A stretch of DNA of 64,000 nt from Takakia lepidozioides (Eukaryota; Plantae; Bryophyta), in contig CM060732.1 in NCBI GenBank assembly GCA_030704615.1, positions 52,080,001 through 52,144,000 of the forward strand, given 5' to 3'. A model generated the notes under the pieces. That model searched no databases, was not told the origin of the DNA, and worked only from the letters and a program-made list of their open reading frames with translations. Of this stretch, positions 1 to 12,100 are shown piece after piece (the first letter of the stretch is position 1; each line of letters begins with the position of its first letter). The position numbers and the translations under genes were made by a program.

Positions 1-1920
1 TCGAAACTTTTTGATCATGAACTTGGTGATTCGTTCCTTCTCGATCATTTTTCTTTGGAGTTTTCTAACTGTCATGCCAGTAACTCATCGCATCCTTGAG
101 GCGGGAATTGTGCGCCCATATTTCTCTCATGGTCTCGTCAAAGGTCCCAATCCCAATGGCCGACTGCCGCACTTTCGCATCGTACTCCATGACCTTGAAG
201 GCCATATAACAAACATATATGAAACATCCTGCCATGCAGGCTCTGGTAAATTGGGACAGAGCGGGGTACCGCTTTGACCATGTTGAGCATTGGGAGGGAG
301 GAACACCTCGCTGGGATGGATGAGGCACGTTGGGATGGATGAGGCATGGCGTTGGGATGGAGGAGCACCAATACTACAATCTCCCATAGGTATTCCAGAT
401 CTTACAACTGCATCCCAACTTTCCCAACAATGGGCATGTGCATGACACCCCATAGTCTCCCTTTTGTTACTAAGATTTGGGTTGGAACTTGACAATTTGG
501 ATATTGTAACGTATATGGCAATATGTGTATTTTTCTAGACCTCAAAATTGTTCGCTTCAACAACTTTTCTCCAAACAACCTCCTTACTGCCCTTGCTTAT
601 ACCATCTAATTTTGCTATGAGTGACTTTTTGGTCATCCAAGGTGGACAAGAAACCAGAGAGTTCACTGTAGTTCTTATAGGACCCCGCGGCTGCTCCAAA
701 ATTAGACCAAACTTGCACGCACAAGCCGGTAGAGGTGTCGTCATCGTGCATTCTCGCACTATTACAGTGCCTCAAAGCTGGATTGTAATTGTAAAAGAGA
801 TTGATGCATTGCACGAGTTCATTCAATTGAAGGAACGACAAGTGGAGCGACTCCAACATATTATTTCAAACTTGGATACAATTGAGGATACCATGAAATT
901 GATTGATTACCTAGAACAACATTACGTTATGGTTCTCAAATGAAACCGAAGCCACAAAGTACATAACCTGTGATAACATTTTCATGAATAAACTGTTTTC
1001 AGCATAAAAAGAACAAATGAAATCCTATACAGTTTCCAAACCAACAATTTAGGGAATACCACAAAATTCGAATTGTAGAAACCCTTCACTTCCACACACA
1101 GAACGTAGTTGAAAAAAATCCTTGATATCCCTGAGCATATCGGGAGGTCATATCTGAAACTGCAATGTCAAATACTTGATGAAAAAGCTTATGAAATGCC
1201 TGATTATTCTTGAATTGGGCAAGTTGCTCAATGCCGATAGCAATCTTGATGGGTTTGGAGCTGTGACAGGTCGCATCGCTCAACTTCGAAGAATCCAGCT
1301 TGGCATTTCTGAAAACTCTCAAAACCTCTGCATCCACGACCAAACCCCCGTGGCCAAATTCAGGAAAAGGGAAAAACTGACCGGTAAATCGAGATCACAT
1401 GGATGGATCAAGCTCTGGTATGGAAAAAAAATTGCTACACTTCTTTCCCTTCTACCCAAATTTGTTGAGTCTCATCAATATTTTGGTACAAGACGCAATC
1501 AACCCAAAAAAAGACCACGCAAAGATGTTTCACCTACGGCCCAAATGAATCCATTTCCTGAATTCAATCCAAGAAACGATGTAGAGATTGGACATTTTTG
1601 TGGTGGTACATATTGAAGAAAAATACAATTTGGAGTTCCATTTTGGGTGGGCAAAATGACGAACATGGATAGACAAGCTCATGATGACGGCAATGTACGA
1701 ATACTGGGTATTGGCCTAAAGCACCAAAATGTCTATCAACCAAATCGCAACAACCGATGAGAATTCGAGATAAAAATATCTATAGAGGTTGAATACCGAG
1801 TGACGATGGTGAAGACGATATTTCGGTAGATAGTATTTTTGTATCATGGTCAAATACAATTAGTACTTTCAATGGCATTACAGAAAGATTTAAGTAGAAA
1901 TTATCATGTCTCATAAGCCG

Positions 1921-4330
1921 TATTTATATTTCAACAATCACTGAATCTTGTGGTAGGTATGAAGATATTGGTAATGTCGATGAAAATGACTGTACACATG
2001 ACAATAATTAAAATATCGATAGCTCTTAGTTGAGTTGATATACATTTCAATCCAAAATTGATTACATATTTTTTCAATCATATTGTTATAATGTTGACAA
2101 ACATATCATCCATATCATCAAACAATAAATCCCTTTAGTTTAGTCTAAAATGGATACATCTAATCAATGTTTTTTTTATTGGGGAATTTTCGTCAGATTT
2201 TGACCTCAAAAAATAAAATAAAATATTCTTTATAAAATTCTCTATTTTTTATGGATGAAATAACCAAACTTCTCCAAATAGGAAAATAAACTTTGGACGA
2301 ATTCGTCAAATGTGGATGATCCCTCGTAAGTCGTATTTACATTTTAACAATCACATGAATCTTGTGGTTGAGTGTGAAGATATTGGTGATGCCGATTAAA
2401 ATGACTGTATACATGAGAACAATTAAGATATCGATGGCTCTTAGTTGAGTGCATTTCAATCCAAAATTGATTACATATTTTTTAATTATATTCTACTATG
2501 TATTTTTAATTGTTATCCCTTAACTTCCTGCAGATAGAGTTTTTTTTCTCTTAAAATTTCCTTCCCCCGGATAGTATAATCAAGCTACCCACCTACCATA
2601 GTACATCCAAAAATATGAACCTTATAAATCAGTTGCTACCTAGTGCGGAGCAACGTGAAGCCCTAGTTGTAGCGACGACCGAAGGTCGGAAGCTAGTTTA
2701 GCGTAGAGCAGGAATAGGGTGCCATAGTGCCACATCATCCTCGTCGTCAATTTCTTTGGACCCTGCCCGAAATGCCCGAAATCACCGAGCTTGTCCCTCA
2801 CGCGCTACCCCTTTTTGTGCAAATTGAACGTAGTTCTCAGAATTCGTCGCTAGTACCACATACATCCATATACCAAATTGCAAAGAATTTCATCACAAAA
2901 ATTTCAAGATTATAATGCTTTGGGTGAGGTTTTTTTTCATATATTTGGAATTTGAGACATGTACAATGTCAGGTTTGACCAAGACATGGCAGTATCGGGT
3001 TGATTTTTGCTGGGGCCGCCGCACCCATGGCCATATCCTATTCCAAGGTATGCAAGCAGCACAAAATTTCATGTCAAATTGCCAAAGGATGCTACATGCT
3101 TCTTTGTATGTGTTGAATGTTCTTTGGGGTTTCAGATAGGGGTCATAACATGGAGTTTTTAACATTGTCATGAAGTATGCAAAAATCCAAGATTTGTTTT
3201 CTATCCGAGCCATCAAAGAATGAGTTCTTAGATCCTCATCAGAATGTCAATTTATTGGGGAATCCAATGGTGAATTTTCTAAAATTTGAGGCCTAAGTGG
3301 GGCCAAGTGTTTTGGAGCTGGCTCTTGTATGTAGCAAATAGAAAGTTGTCACGCAAGTGGTCAACCCTTCGTGGCTCCCCTCCTTACCACATGATTCCTA
3401 ACCCAAGCGTTTTTTACAAAATTCTGTAGGGTCGGGGTTTTACTCCAAATGTTTTCAATTCAACTTGTGGGTTGGGACCATGTTGTCAGCAAATTTATTG
3501 CTCAACAATCATTTGATTTCAATAAAATATCAGCAAGACAATCCCATTTTTCTTATAGGTCGCAACTAGAATCGGGTCGTATAGGAAGTTAAAGGTTACA
3601 TTGTCAAACATATAATCCATATCATCAAACATATAATCCATTTAGTTTAGTCTAAAATGGATACATGTATTCAGCGTTTTTTTTATTGGCAAATTTTCGC
3701 TAGATTTTGACCTCAAAACAAAAAATAAAATATTCTGTCTCAAATTCCCTGTTTTATCATGGATGAAATCGCCAAACTTCTCCAAATAAAGAATAAACTA
3801 TGGATGAATTCACCAAATATGGATGATATAAATGGATTTAAAGTACAGTGGATGATCCATCCACTTATTTATATTTATATAAATAAATACTTATTGAGCC
3901 AAAAGAATATCGCATTGTGCTCAAGTCCACATTTCCCTTTGTTGTGCCTAGGGAAAATATTCTGTCTGAAATTCCCTGTTTTTTAATGGATGAAATCGCC
4001 AAACTTCTCCAAATAAGAAATAAACTATGGATGAATTCGGCAAATATGGATGATATAAATGGATTAAAGTACAGAGATGGATGATTCTAACCTAATTTCA
4101 GTGGATGAACAGAATGTACGGCTATCTTTTACAAAATTCTGTAGTCACTCGCGCTGTTTTCCAAATTTCATGAAAAAAAAACGCATCTATTATATATAAG
4201 AAAGATGTTTTACATATTATATAATTATCATAAAATCTTTAAATGAAATACACAAATAATTTCATTCCTCCACTATACAAAAATCCATCCACTTATCTTG
4301 ATAAATATTTATTGAGCCAAAAAAACAATA
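1921..4330. repeat. Cluster of local imperfect direct duplications in AT-rich DNA
   Basis: 1921-2090 ~ 2335-2495; 2091-2320 ~ 3600-3830; 3725-3850 ~ 3953-4075; 3855-3950 ~ 4284-4375. Confidence 0.75.
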
Positions 4331-6203
4331 ATATCCCATTGTGCATAAGACCACATTTCCTCTCTTGTGCCTAGGTTATGCCAAATAATATCATCATGAT
4401 TTGAAAAAGACTTTAAGCTTAATCCTTAACTTCCTACGCGACTCGTTTCAGGTTGCGTTGTTTGAATAAACCATCCTAACTTTTGCAGATGAATTTGTTT
4501 TACATCATTCTTTCCGAGCATGCCCACCTGCTCCATTTGGAGCAAACAAGCGACCTCCAAATTTTCTTCAAGGGATAGGGGTCAGAAAATTCTCCAGGCG
4601 GAGGAGAGTTGACTTGAAACGTGGGCCCCCCCTCATTAGGCCATTGAAGCATATTAGGCCAAGGATGCCAAAACTGTTACTTGACCTATTTGAAATCCAG
4701 TTTTCACCGATAGATCCTATTGGAAAATTTCCTAGTGCTTATGGGTATTGTAAGACAACCCCTAGCTAGAGGGACTTGTGTAATTATGGTTTTTGGGACG
4801 ACATGTTTTGGAGGAAAGCTTTAGGCTTGATGGGTGAATATGTCAACCCTCACCAAAACACAGACTAAGTAGCCTATGAGTAAAATGTGGGTTTGATATG
4901 AAATTTGGCATGCACTTTGCATTTGTACTCTACATTATGTAAATTTGGGGTAGCCCTTTTGGAAAATTCAGAAAAGCCGCTTAATATGCTTGGTCAAAGC
5001 AAGTAAAGGATTTTTCCAAACCAAAAAAACAGAAAACGTCTACAAGAAAACAATATAATCTCTCAAACTCAACTGTGAAAATTCCTAAAATTTGGGGAGA
5101 TTGTGTAGAGCCAGGTAGGTAGGTATGTGTACAGTCAATTTTTGTGGAGGAATGCTGGTAGGTGGGTAGCCTCCCATTAGTTCCAAGGGGTGGTAGGTTT
5201 TGGGAGTGAAAAAATTCACCTTGTAGGAAATCAAGGATTAAAGACCCCTAAAAGACAAGTTTTGCATGCAGCTAATCTTCTGCACCTAAACTTCTGCTTC
5301 CGAATGTGGATGTGGGCATTGCCTAGCCTTCAATGTAATCACCCCACTTAGAGAGTGGAGGATAGGGGTAGGCACAAATGCTCATGGTGTGACACTACCA
5401 AACATTAACTGATTTGTTCCATGCAAATCTTCCAAACTTTGGAGGTGACTATACTTGGAAACAATGGCCTGAAACAGTGTATTTGTACATATGCTTCTTT
5501 CTTGGACGAATGGGCATTCGATCGTTTCACCGAGTTTCTGAATGGATCACTAGAGCATGTAAACCCTCGCAAATAACTAGAAGAAGATGGATCAATTGTG
5601 TTTCTACATCTGTTGGGTTGTGATACAAATGGCCATGCACACCACCCTTACTCCCCTATTTATCTCAACAATATCAAGCTTGTGATCGTGGAGTGGAGAG
5701 CATAGTGAAGCTTATGGAGGACCGCTTCCCTGATGGAGAAACGGCTTACATCTTCAATGGCATGAGCTGACGTCACTCCACGGCAGTTATTAGGCCCCAT
5801 GCGAAAGGTGTCTTCTCGTGGTGGGTATGTTGAACTACAAATAGCACACCATCATCAACATTATCCTCAGGGCTGGCAGGACCAGGTCCTCGAATACCAG
5901 CTCCCCAAGCAACAAGTGGTGTCTCTGTATTTGCTGGATCTCCATCTCCATGGCTGCTTGCATCAAGACGGTCAACGAGCAAAAGAAAATTAAATATGCA
6001 CACATTTGCGACAACTATTTGAGCACTTGGCTTCCACCACTAGGCAAATGAAAACAGACCTTCCGTATTACCCTACTAAAAATTCATTGTAACAACGGTG
6101 CCCAACACATATTCTGAGCTACTCTTCAAATGAGAAGAGAACACACCTTTAACTCACAAATAGATAATTATGACTATGAACATTACTAGGGTGATATTGC
6201 CTC

Positions 6204-6290
6204 TGTCGTGCGCATACATATCGCTACACAACTACATCGCTGTCCAAACCACACCACACATATATGCACAATAAAGTAGTCTACCACAAT
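6204..6290 (-). repeat. Terminal repeat A (87 bp), outer copy
   Basis: Matches 6643-6729 except for one substitution; forms the element's 3' end next to the TSD. Confidence 0.95.
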
Positions 6291-6640
6291 GATAAACAAG
6301 CATAGAGACACTGTTGACACAAAACATATGAACTCCATCGCTATCACTCTTTATAATAGAAGTCGAGCCAGGGGCACCCCAAGCTATGGGGACTCCACCC
6401 CACAACAACCTACACTCCCATCATGAGTACACTCAGATCTAAACGCATGCAGGAGCTCGGTCGCGCAGGCTCAACTCGAGAGAGATGAGCCGCGCGACTG
6501 CCGCTCTCGTGAAGATAAGACGGACCAGGTGTCAAACTAAACTTGACACCTGATTTAACACTTGACCTAAATCCAAGTGTTAAATACAAATAACTAGTTT
6601 TATGCTAGCTGTTTTCACACTGTGCTTATTTAACTTGACA
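6290..6640 (-). repeat. Repeat B (351 bp), 3' copy
   Basis: Matches 17186-17541 except a 5-bp indel and about one substitution. Confidence 0.95.
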
Positions 6641-6642
6641 GC

Positions 6643-6729
6643 TGTCGTGCGCATACATATCGCTACACAACTACATCGTTGTCCAAACCACACCACACAT
6701 ATATGCACAATAAAGTAGTCTACCACAAT
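6643..6729 (-). repeat. Repeat A (87 bp), inner copy following the PPT
   Basis: Direct repeat of 6204-6290; separated from B by the 2-bp spacer GC (6641-6642). Confidence 0.95.
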
Positions 6730-6740
6730 CGCCCCCCTAG
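6730..6740 (-). other. Polypurine tract
   Basis: Sense strand CTAGGGGGGCG immediately upstream of inner repeat A. Confidence 0.7.
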
Positions 6741-6986
6741 CTGGTGGATAGGTCCCTCTACCTCCAGATAGCTACAAGACGTAATAGCCATAGCCGTACT
6801 AAGTCCTCTATCACTGTCCCTATCGTACTCAAACTCTATAGACCAAGAGGCCGGGTACAAGAGTAGCCCCATCGTTAGTCGCCGTCTTGCAATCTATGAA
6901 CTTGAGCCAGGACTTCGTGTATTCAAGGTCTCTTGTAGCTGGGCCTTGCGTTGCTTGTTAGCCTTCCATGGTTGTATCCACTCCCA

Positions 6987-7375
6987 CTATCCAATGCATT
7001 GTGGACATAACCAATCCCCATCCGGAACCATCTCAAGAGGTGGAGTCAAGCATCCCATATGCCAACCTCTAGAGCATCGATCACACACCAGCATGGTGGC
7101 TGCCCCTTTAGCAGACCCACACAACATGCACCTCAAACCAGCAGATACCACTGCCAGGTTTGGGTCAATCCTGCCATCGACATTCGGAAGGTGACATGGC
7201 GCACAATTACGCACATGGTCCTTCCAAGTTATGCCATCCCGACCCTCCAAGACCAAGACGCCTGAGGGCAAGACCTCTCGAACCCTCAAAATAACACGTC
7301 CTGCAGTCACATCCAGGGTCGTAGGAGCAGTCTGCTGCAGATAGACATAGTCACCAGGGTTGAATCTCCGAACCC
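6987..7375 (-). CDS. Integrase C-terminal extension with PHD finger (continues pol after a 1-nt deletion)
   Basis: CMLC...LVCDRCSRGWHMGCLTPPL..VPDGDWLCPQC = C4HC3 PHD. In copy 2 it is in frame with integrase (35046-35705). Confidence 0.9.
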
Positions 7376-9961
7376 AGGACGATAGCCCCCACCACGTATG
7401 GTAGCATACCTCAACGTATCACGGTGTTGTGCAATGGCAAGGTTCTCGAAAGCCATGGGCATGACTCTCTTGAACAACTCTGCACGCTGCTCACATGCAC
7501 GTGCCCACATGTCCGGATCGTCAAGGTTAAGAACTGTAGCAGCTTCTCTGCGAATGGATGTAGGCAAATCCGGCTCTCGGCCAAAGAGAAGAAAGTATGG
7601 TGAGAAGGAGGCAAGTGATGCTTGCTTGCTGAACCTGTAGCCCATGGCTAACCAGGGTAACTGAAGGTCCCAATCTCCTAGGTGTCCCTTCTGCAAGCCA
7701 TACTTGCGCAAACCCCTCTTTACTGTCTGAACAACTCTCTCTGCCAAGCCATCGGCCTCAGGATGATCCCGAGAAGTGGTGCGGTGGTCTATCAAGGCCT
7801 TGTCACACAAAGCCTGAAACTCCCCCAAGAACTCTCTCCCTTGGTCCGTGAGTACCTCAGCTGGAGCACCGAATCGGCTAAGCACACAATCCAAGAATGC
7901 ATACGCAGCTCCCTCACTAGCCTTATCAGGCAATGGAACCAATTCAATCCACTTGGAGAAGTGCTCCACCATCACCAACACGTACTTGTTGTGGCGCATG
8001 GTCAGTGGCAACGGCCCTGCGAAGTCAAGACTCCACCTGTAGCCCAATCCCATGATCGGAAGAGGGTGCAATTGTGGAGTAGGGGCGTTGAATGAAGCAC
8101 GCACCCTGTCACACACCATGCACCTAGCCACAAATTGTTGCACCTCTGTGTGCATACCACGCCACCAATACTGCCCCTGCAGTAGACTATGAGTGCGTCG
8201 CACCCCAAAATGCCCCAACTCCTCATGGGCATGCCGCACTAACCGTGCCCGCTGTGTTGGGTGAGGCACAATCCTCACTCGACCATCCTCCCACACTCGG
8301 AGCAGGTGTGTCCCCTCCCACCTGAACCTCTTGGCTCGTTGTAGGATCCGATCCCTCTCCTTGGCAGTCATAGTGGCTGCCGTGTCTCCACTGCGGAGGT
8401 AGTCCAACACAACTGAATCCTCATGTATATCTTTGGCGCCACCCTGCTCATTGCTGGCCTCAGGGTCCTCAGACACTTGATCTACAGTCATCCCTGTTGT
8501 AGGTCCAACCTGGCCTTCCGCTGCCAAGATACACAGAAATGCAGATGCATGCCATCCGGGCACCATCTCCTCGTCCGTCTCACCATGCCACCGAGCTCCA
8601 GTGTCATCCTGCTGGCTCGTGCATGGATTGCGACTCAACCCATCTGCATTTCGATTGACCAAACCCGGTCGATGCACCACCTGAAAGTCATACTCTTGAA
8701 GGATGAGTGCCCACCGTGCAAGCTTCCCCGTAAGCTTGTCTGACTCCATCAACCACTTGAGTGGTTGGTGATCCGTGACAAGGGTGAAGAGATTGCCGTA
8801 TAAATAGCACCTGAAGTGTGCCACGGCCCACACTGCAGCTAAGCATTCTCCCTCATATGAGCTATACTTAGACTCTGCAGCATTGTTCGAGCGGCTAGCA
8901 TAAGCCACTACGAACTCTCTTCCCTCATCATCCACCTGTGTGAGCACCGCTCCAAGCCCCAGCATGCTCCAATCTGTATGCAGCTGAAAAGGACGCCCCC
9001 TGATAGGTCGTCTCAAGATGGGCGCCGAGGTCAACCTCGCCTTGAGCTCTTGAAAAGCTTGTTCTTGCTCATCTTCCCACTGCCACTCCTGGTCCACCTT
9101 GGTCAGCTTGGTTAGAGCCTTTGCAATGGCACTAAATCCCTTAACAAACCGTCTGTAATAGTTTGCTAACCCCATGAAAGCTCGAACTCGGCTCACATCC
9201 GTGGGGCGTGGAACCTGTGCAATGGACTCTACCTTAGTCTGCTGTACCCCCAATCCTCCAGGATATATCATGTGACCCAGATACTCAATCTGGTTGTGGA
9301 AAAACTTGCACTTGCCCGGATGTAACTTCAATCCGTGCGTCCTCAAGCGCTCAAATACCCCCTGAAGGTGTCTCTCATGCTCCTCCACCGTAGCACTAAA
9401 GATGATGATGTCATCTATGTAGCACCGAGCAAACTCCACCCCTGCTAGAATCCTGTCCATGACTCTTTGAAACTCAGCGGGAGCGTTTTTAAGCCCAAAT
9501 GGTAAGAACCGCCACTGGTATAGGCAATCCTTCCCGTGCTCATTGATCCCCCAGAATGCCGTCTTTTGCTTATCCGCCTCCTTGATCGGCAACTGGTGAT
9601 ATCCGGATCGTAAATCCAACGTGCTAAAGACCTTGGAATGCCCAATGGCATCAAAGATCTCCTCTGGTGTTGGCATGGCATACCTATCGGACTTGGTCTG
9701 ACGATTTACAGGCCGGTAATCACCGCACATACGTCTCTCCGTCCAATTGCCATAGACATCCTTCTTAGCTGGCATCATTGTGGCTGAAGCATACTCTCCA
9801 CCAGAGAGCTCCACCAAACCTGCCTCCCAGAGATCTTGAGTCCTCATCTGAATCAAAGACCTCTCCATGTCACTGTATCTATAGGGTCTCCGAAAGATTG
9901 GCGTGTCAGTGGCCAACTCAATACGGATCTCTTGACCCTTCAGTGCTCCCAAGTCCTTCAA
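7307..9961 (-). CDS. Gypsy pol: reverse transcriptase, RNase H, integrase
   Basis: RT motifs LDLRSGYHQ, PFGLKNAP, YIDD; RNase H TDWS, YASR, TDHQPL, NADGLSR; integrase HHCC (HEELGH..CMVC) and DDE (SLDFAG, LTDQG, AERVV). Confidence 0.97.
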   Translation of the reverse strand: MKDLGALKGQEIRIELATDTPIFRRPYRYSDMERSLIQMRTQDLWEAGLVELSGGEYASATMMPAKKDVYGNWTERRMCGDYRPVNRQTKSDRYAMPTPEEIFDAIGHSKVFSTLDLRSGYHQLPIKEADKQKTAFWGINEHGKDCLYQWRFLPFGLKNAPAEFQRVMDRILAGVEFARCYIDDIIIFSATVEEHERHLQGVFERLRTHGLKLHPGKCKFFHNQIEYLGHMIYPGGLGVQQTKVESIAQVPRPTDVSRVRAFMGLANYYRRFVKGFSAIAKALTKLTKVDQEWQWEDEQEQAFQELKARLTSAPILRRPIRGRPFQLHTDWSMLGLGAVLTQVDDEGREFVVAYASRSNNAAESKYSSYEGECLAAVWAVAHFRCYLYGNLFTLVTDHQPLKWLMESDKLTGKLARWALILQEYDFQVVHRPGLVNRNADGLSRNPCTSQQDDTGARWHGETDEEMVPGWHASAFLCILAAEGQVGPTTGMTVDQVSEDPEASNEQGGAKDIHEDSVVLDYLRSGDTAATMTAKERDRILQRAKRFRWEGTHLLRVWEDGRVRIVPHPTQRARLVRHAHEELGHFGVRRTHSLLQGQYWWRGMHTEVQQFVARCMVCDRVRASFNAPTPQLHPLPIMGLGYRWSLDFAGPLPLTMRHNKYVLVMVEHFSKWIELVPLPDKASEGAAYAFLDCVLSRFGAPAEVLTDQGREFLGEFQALCDKALIDHRTTSRDHPEADGLAERVVQTVKRGLRKYGLQKGHLGDWDLQLPWLAMGYRFSKQASLASFSPYFLLFGREPDLPTSIRREAATVLNLDDPDMWARACEQRAELFKRVMPMAFENLAIAQHRDTLRYATIRGGGYRPGFGDSTLVTMSICSRLLLRPWM

Positions 9962-10419
9962 ACTGAAGGCAAAGCAATTCCTGTAAGCCCTCAGGAACCG
10001 CCGTATACGTCGTCTCTCTCCTCGGTGACAATGGGTCCAATATCAGGCTCCCAATTGTCCTCCGTAACTGCAACCTTAAGTCCAGTGGGCTTAGAGGTAG
10101 AGGACGCGTCCCGTGGTTGCTATGCTGCAACCTTTGAGCAGTACTCCCCTTCCTGCTCAGTCAATGACAAGGCCTCATCCTGCCCCATCATCTCATCATT
10201 GAGAACCTCCTCATCCGAGATCCATCCTCAGCTCCTTCGCTGCCAACTGCCCTCTTCACCTACATCCCTCTGAACCTCGAGCACCTCCCACAGTGCCATG
10301 GATGTCTACACCTCGTGGTCCTCACCGGCTCGCCCCCACTCGCTGCCTGTACCGTCTCGGTAGGCAGAGAGACCATCAAGGGAAGTGCACTCCGCACTCT
10401 ACGTTGCTCAGCCATAGCC

Positions 10420-11380
10420 AAGCTGACAATCCAGGTCAAGCAATTGAGATCCATTGCTTGCCCAACACCTGACGACGTGATGCCTCAGAAAGAGAAGGCA
10501 CCGCCGTGGTCCCAGTGGAAAACCCATAGCCCGCTCTCGCTCGTCGGCATTAGGCTCCACTAACTGCTGCAACTGAGCATCCCACAGGAGGCCAGTCCAC
10601 CATCCCGAAAAGCATGGGATCCTGGGAAGCTGAGCAGTGTAGGTAATGCTGCTCGTGGTTGACCCACTCTGTTGACCACTGCCAAAGGCGAACGGTCATC
10701 GTGTCTCACACGTTGAGACTGCCTTCCTGTGTCCAAAATGCCATCCACGGTGAGGTGTGCTGGCCGCTGCAACCCCCATCAAATGCACGCTTGAGCAGTG
10801 CGGGTGGCATCAGTTAGTCCACCATAGTCGTGGACGATGAGCCCGTGACCCCACTGCAGCTGCATCCAGCAATACTGCTGACCCAAGCCACGACCGGACT
10901 TGATGCACACTGGCCATCACCCTGGCCCGAGAATCACCCCAGTGGCACATTCTCCAAGATGTATGCTGGAGATACAGCCTTGATGAAGCTGCAAGTGGCG
11001 CAAAATCCGCACCATCTCCCAAACAGACCCGTCCTCGAGTCTCGCAATCCATTGCCATGCCCGGCTGATGAATGCCCTTGGCAGGGCCAACCTGCCACTA
11101 CCAGATCAATGGAGCCAACCCGCTCCAAATCCTGCGCCCCCAGCAACGCAATGTCTGCTGGCAAGGCCTGTGCTGATATCCACGAACTGCAGACACAGCA
11201 ACAACAACTCAGGGTACTGCTGCACCATCTGAGCAACATGGCGCAGTGAGACGCGTCGTGCAGTCTCATCCCTCTCCACATACAGGTAACGTCAAACTCG
11301 TACACCTGCCCTGCAGCACTGCAGCCAATCCGGTGCTGATCCCGCAAATAAGTCCAGAAGGCATATGCCTTCATCCGGCG
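10420..11380 (-). pseudogene. C5-cytosine DNA methyltransferase domain of pol (frameshifted in this assembly)
   Basis: Motif I LLDLFAG, IV VVAGWPCQGHS, VI YILENV, VIII AHRPRLWWTN and X region (QAMDLNCL), spread over several frames. Confidence 0.9.
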
Positions 11381-11779
11381 CTGCCACACAAGAGGTGTGG
11401 TGTCCAATGGCGACAACTGAGGTGGCCCTGGTGCAATCACCGCACTCTCCTCCTCTCCTGACGGTACAAAAGCTTCTACCCAAGCTTGTTGCAACCGTCC
11501 ATCAGCACTTGCTGCAAATCCTTGCTCGTACCCCACAACGAGTGTGAGCAACCATGGCAGGCAACTCCGCCGTACCATGCATGTCATCCTGCTCTGCTGG
11601 AGGTGGCACATCCTCTGCATGGCATTGCCTTCCAGCAACTCTCCAGGCCAACTAACTGCAGCTGTAAGGCGGCTAGTGTTGGCATCTTGCCCCGCTGGGC
11701 AGCCGCTATACCCCCAATGAATGTCACAGGGAGCTGTGCACGGCGACCATCGCCTGACTGCCATCCAGGCCTGTAGGAT

Positions 11780-12100
11780 GCTGACTCCTCCCAAAAGTCC
11801 AGGGTGAAGCCCATGGGGTATAACACTGCCCCACCAACGAGGACATCGTAAGAGACCGCGTCTGTCACAATGGCCTTGGCTCGCATCACTGAGCCATCTA
11901 CAGGATGATCCGGCTGCAGTCTAATACCAACTGATGCCGTGTCATGCCGCGAGCCTGCTCTGATCCTCCCAGAGATGTCTGTATCTGGAAAGGACAAGGC
12001 TCCATATCCGCCTCCATGAGGCCCAAACCTGCAATAGCAGCTCTGCCCAACATCAGTGGCTGAGCTCCCGAGTCCACAAGACCCGCAGTGGCCGGTACTT
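11780..12100 (-). pseudogene. Retropepsin (aspartic protease) domain
   Basis: LVDSGAQPLMLG catalytic motif and YDVLVG; frameshifted. Confidence 0.8.

Noticed and set aside
1921-4330. CRISPR-like or regular tandem array
   Set aside because: Repeats are long, irregular, imperfect duplications in eukaryotic AT-rich DNA without repeat-spacer periodicity.
6204-6729. A-B-A end as an assembly artefact or a solo LTR nested in a small element
   Set aside because: The same arrangement occurs in diverged copy 2, B has no TSD of its own there, and the TSD brackets the whole element.
7398-10273. Plus-strand ORFs opposite pol (also mirrored in copy 2)
   Set aside because: Antisense shadows of the pol reading frame.
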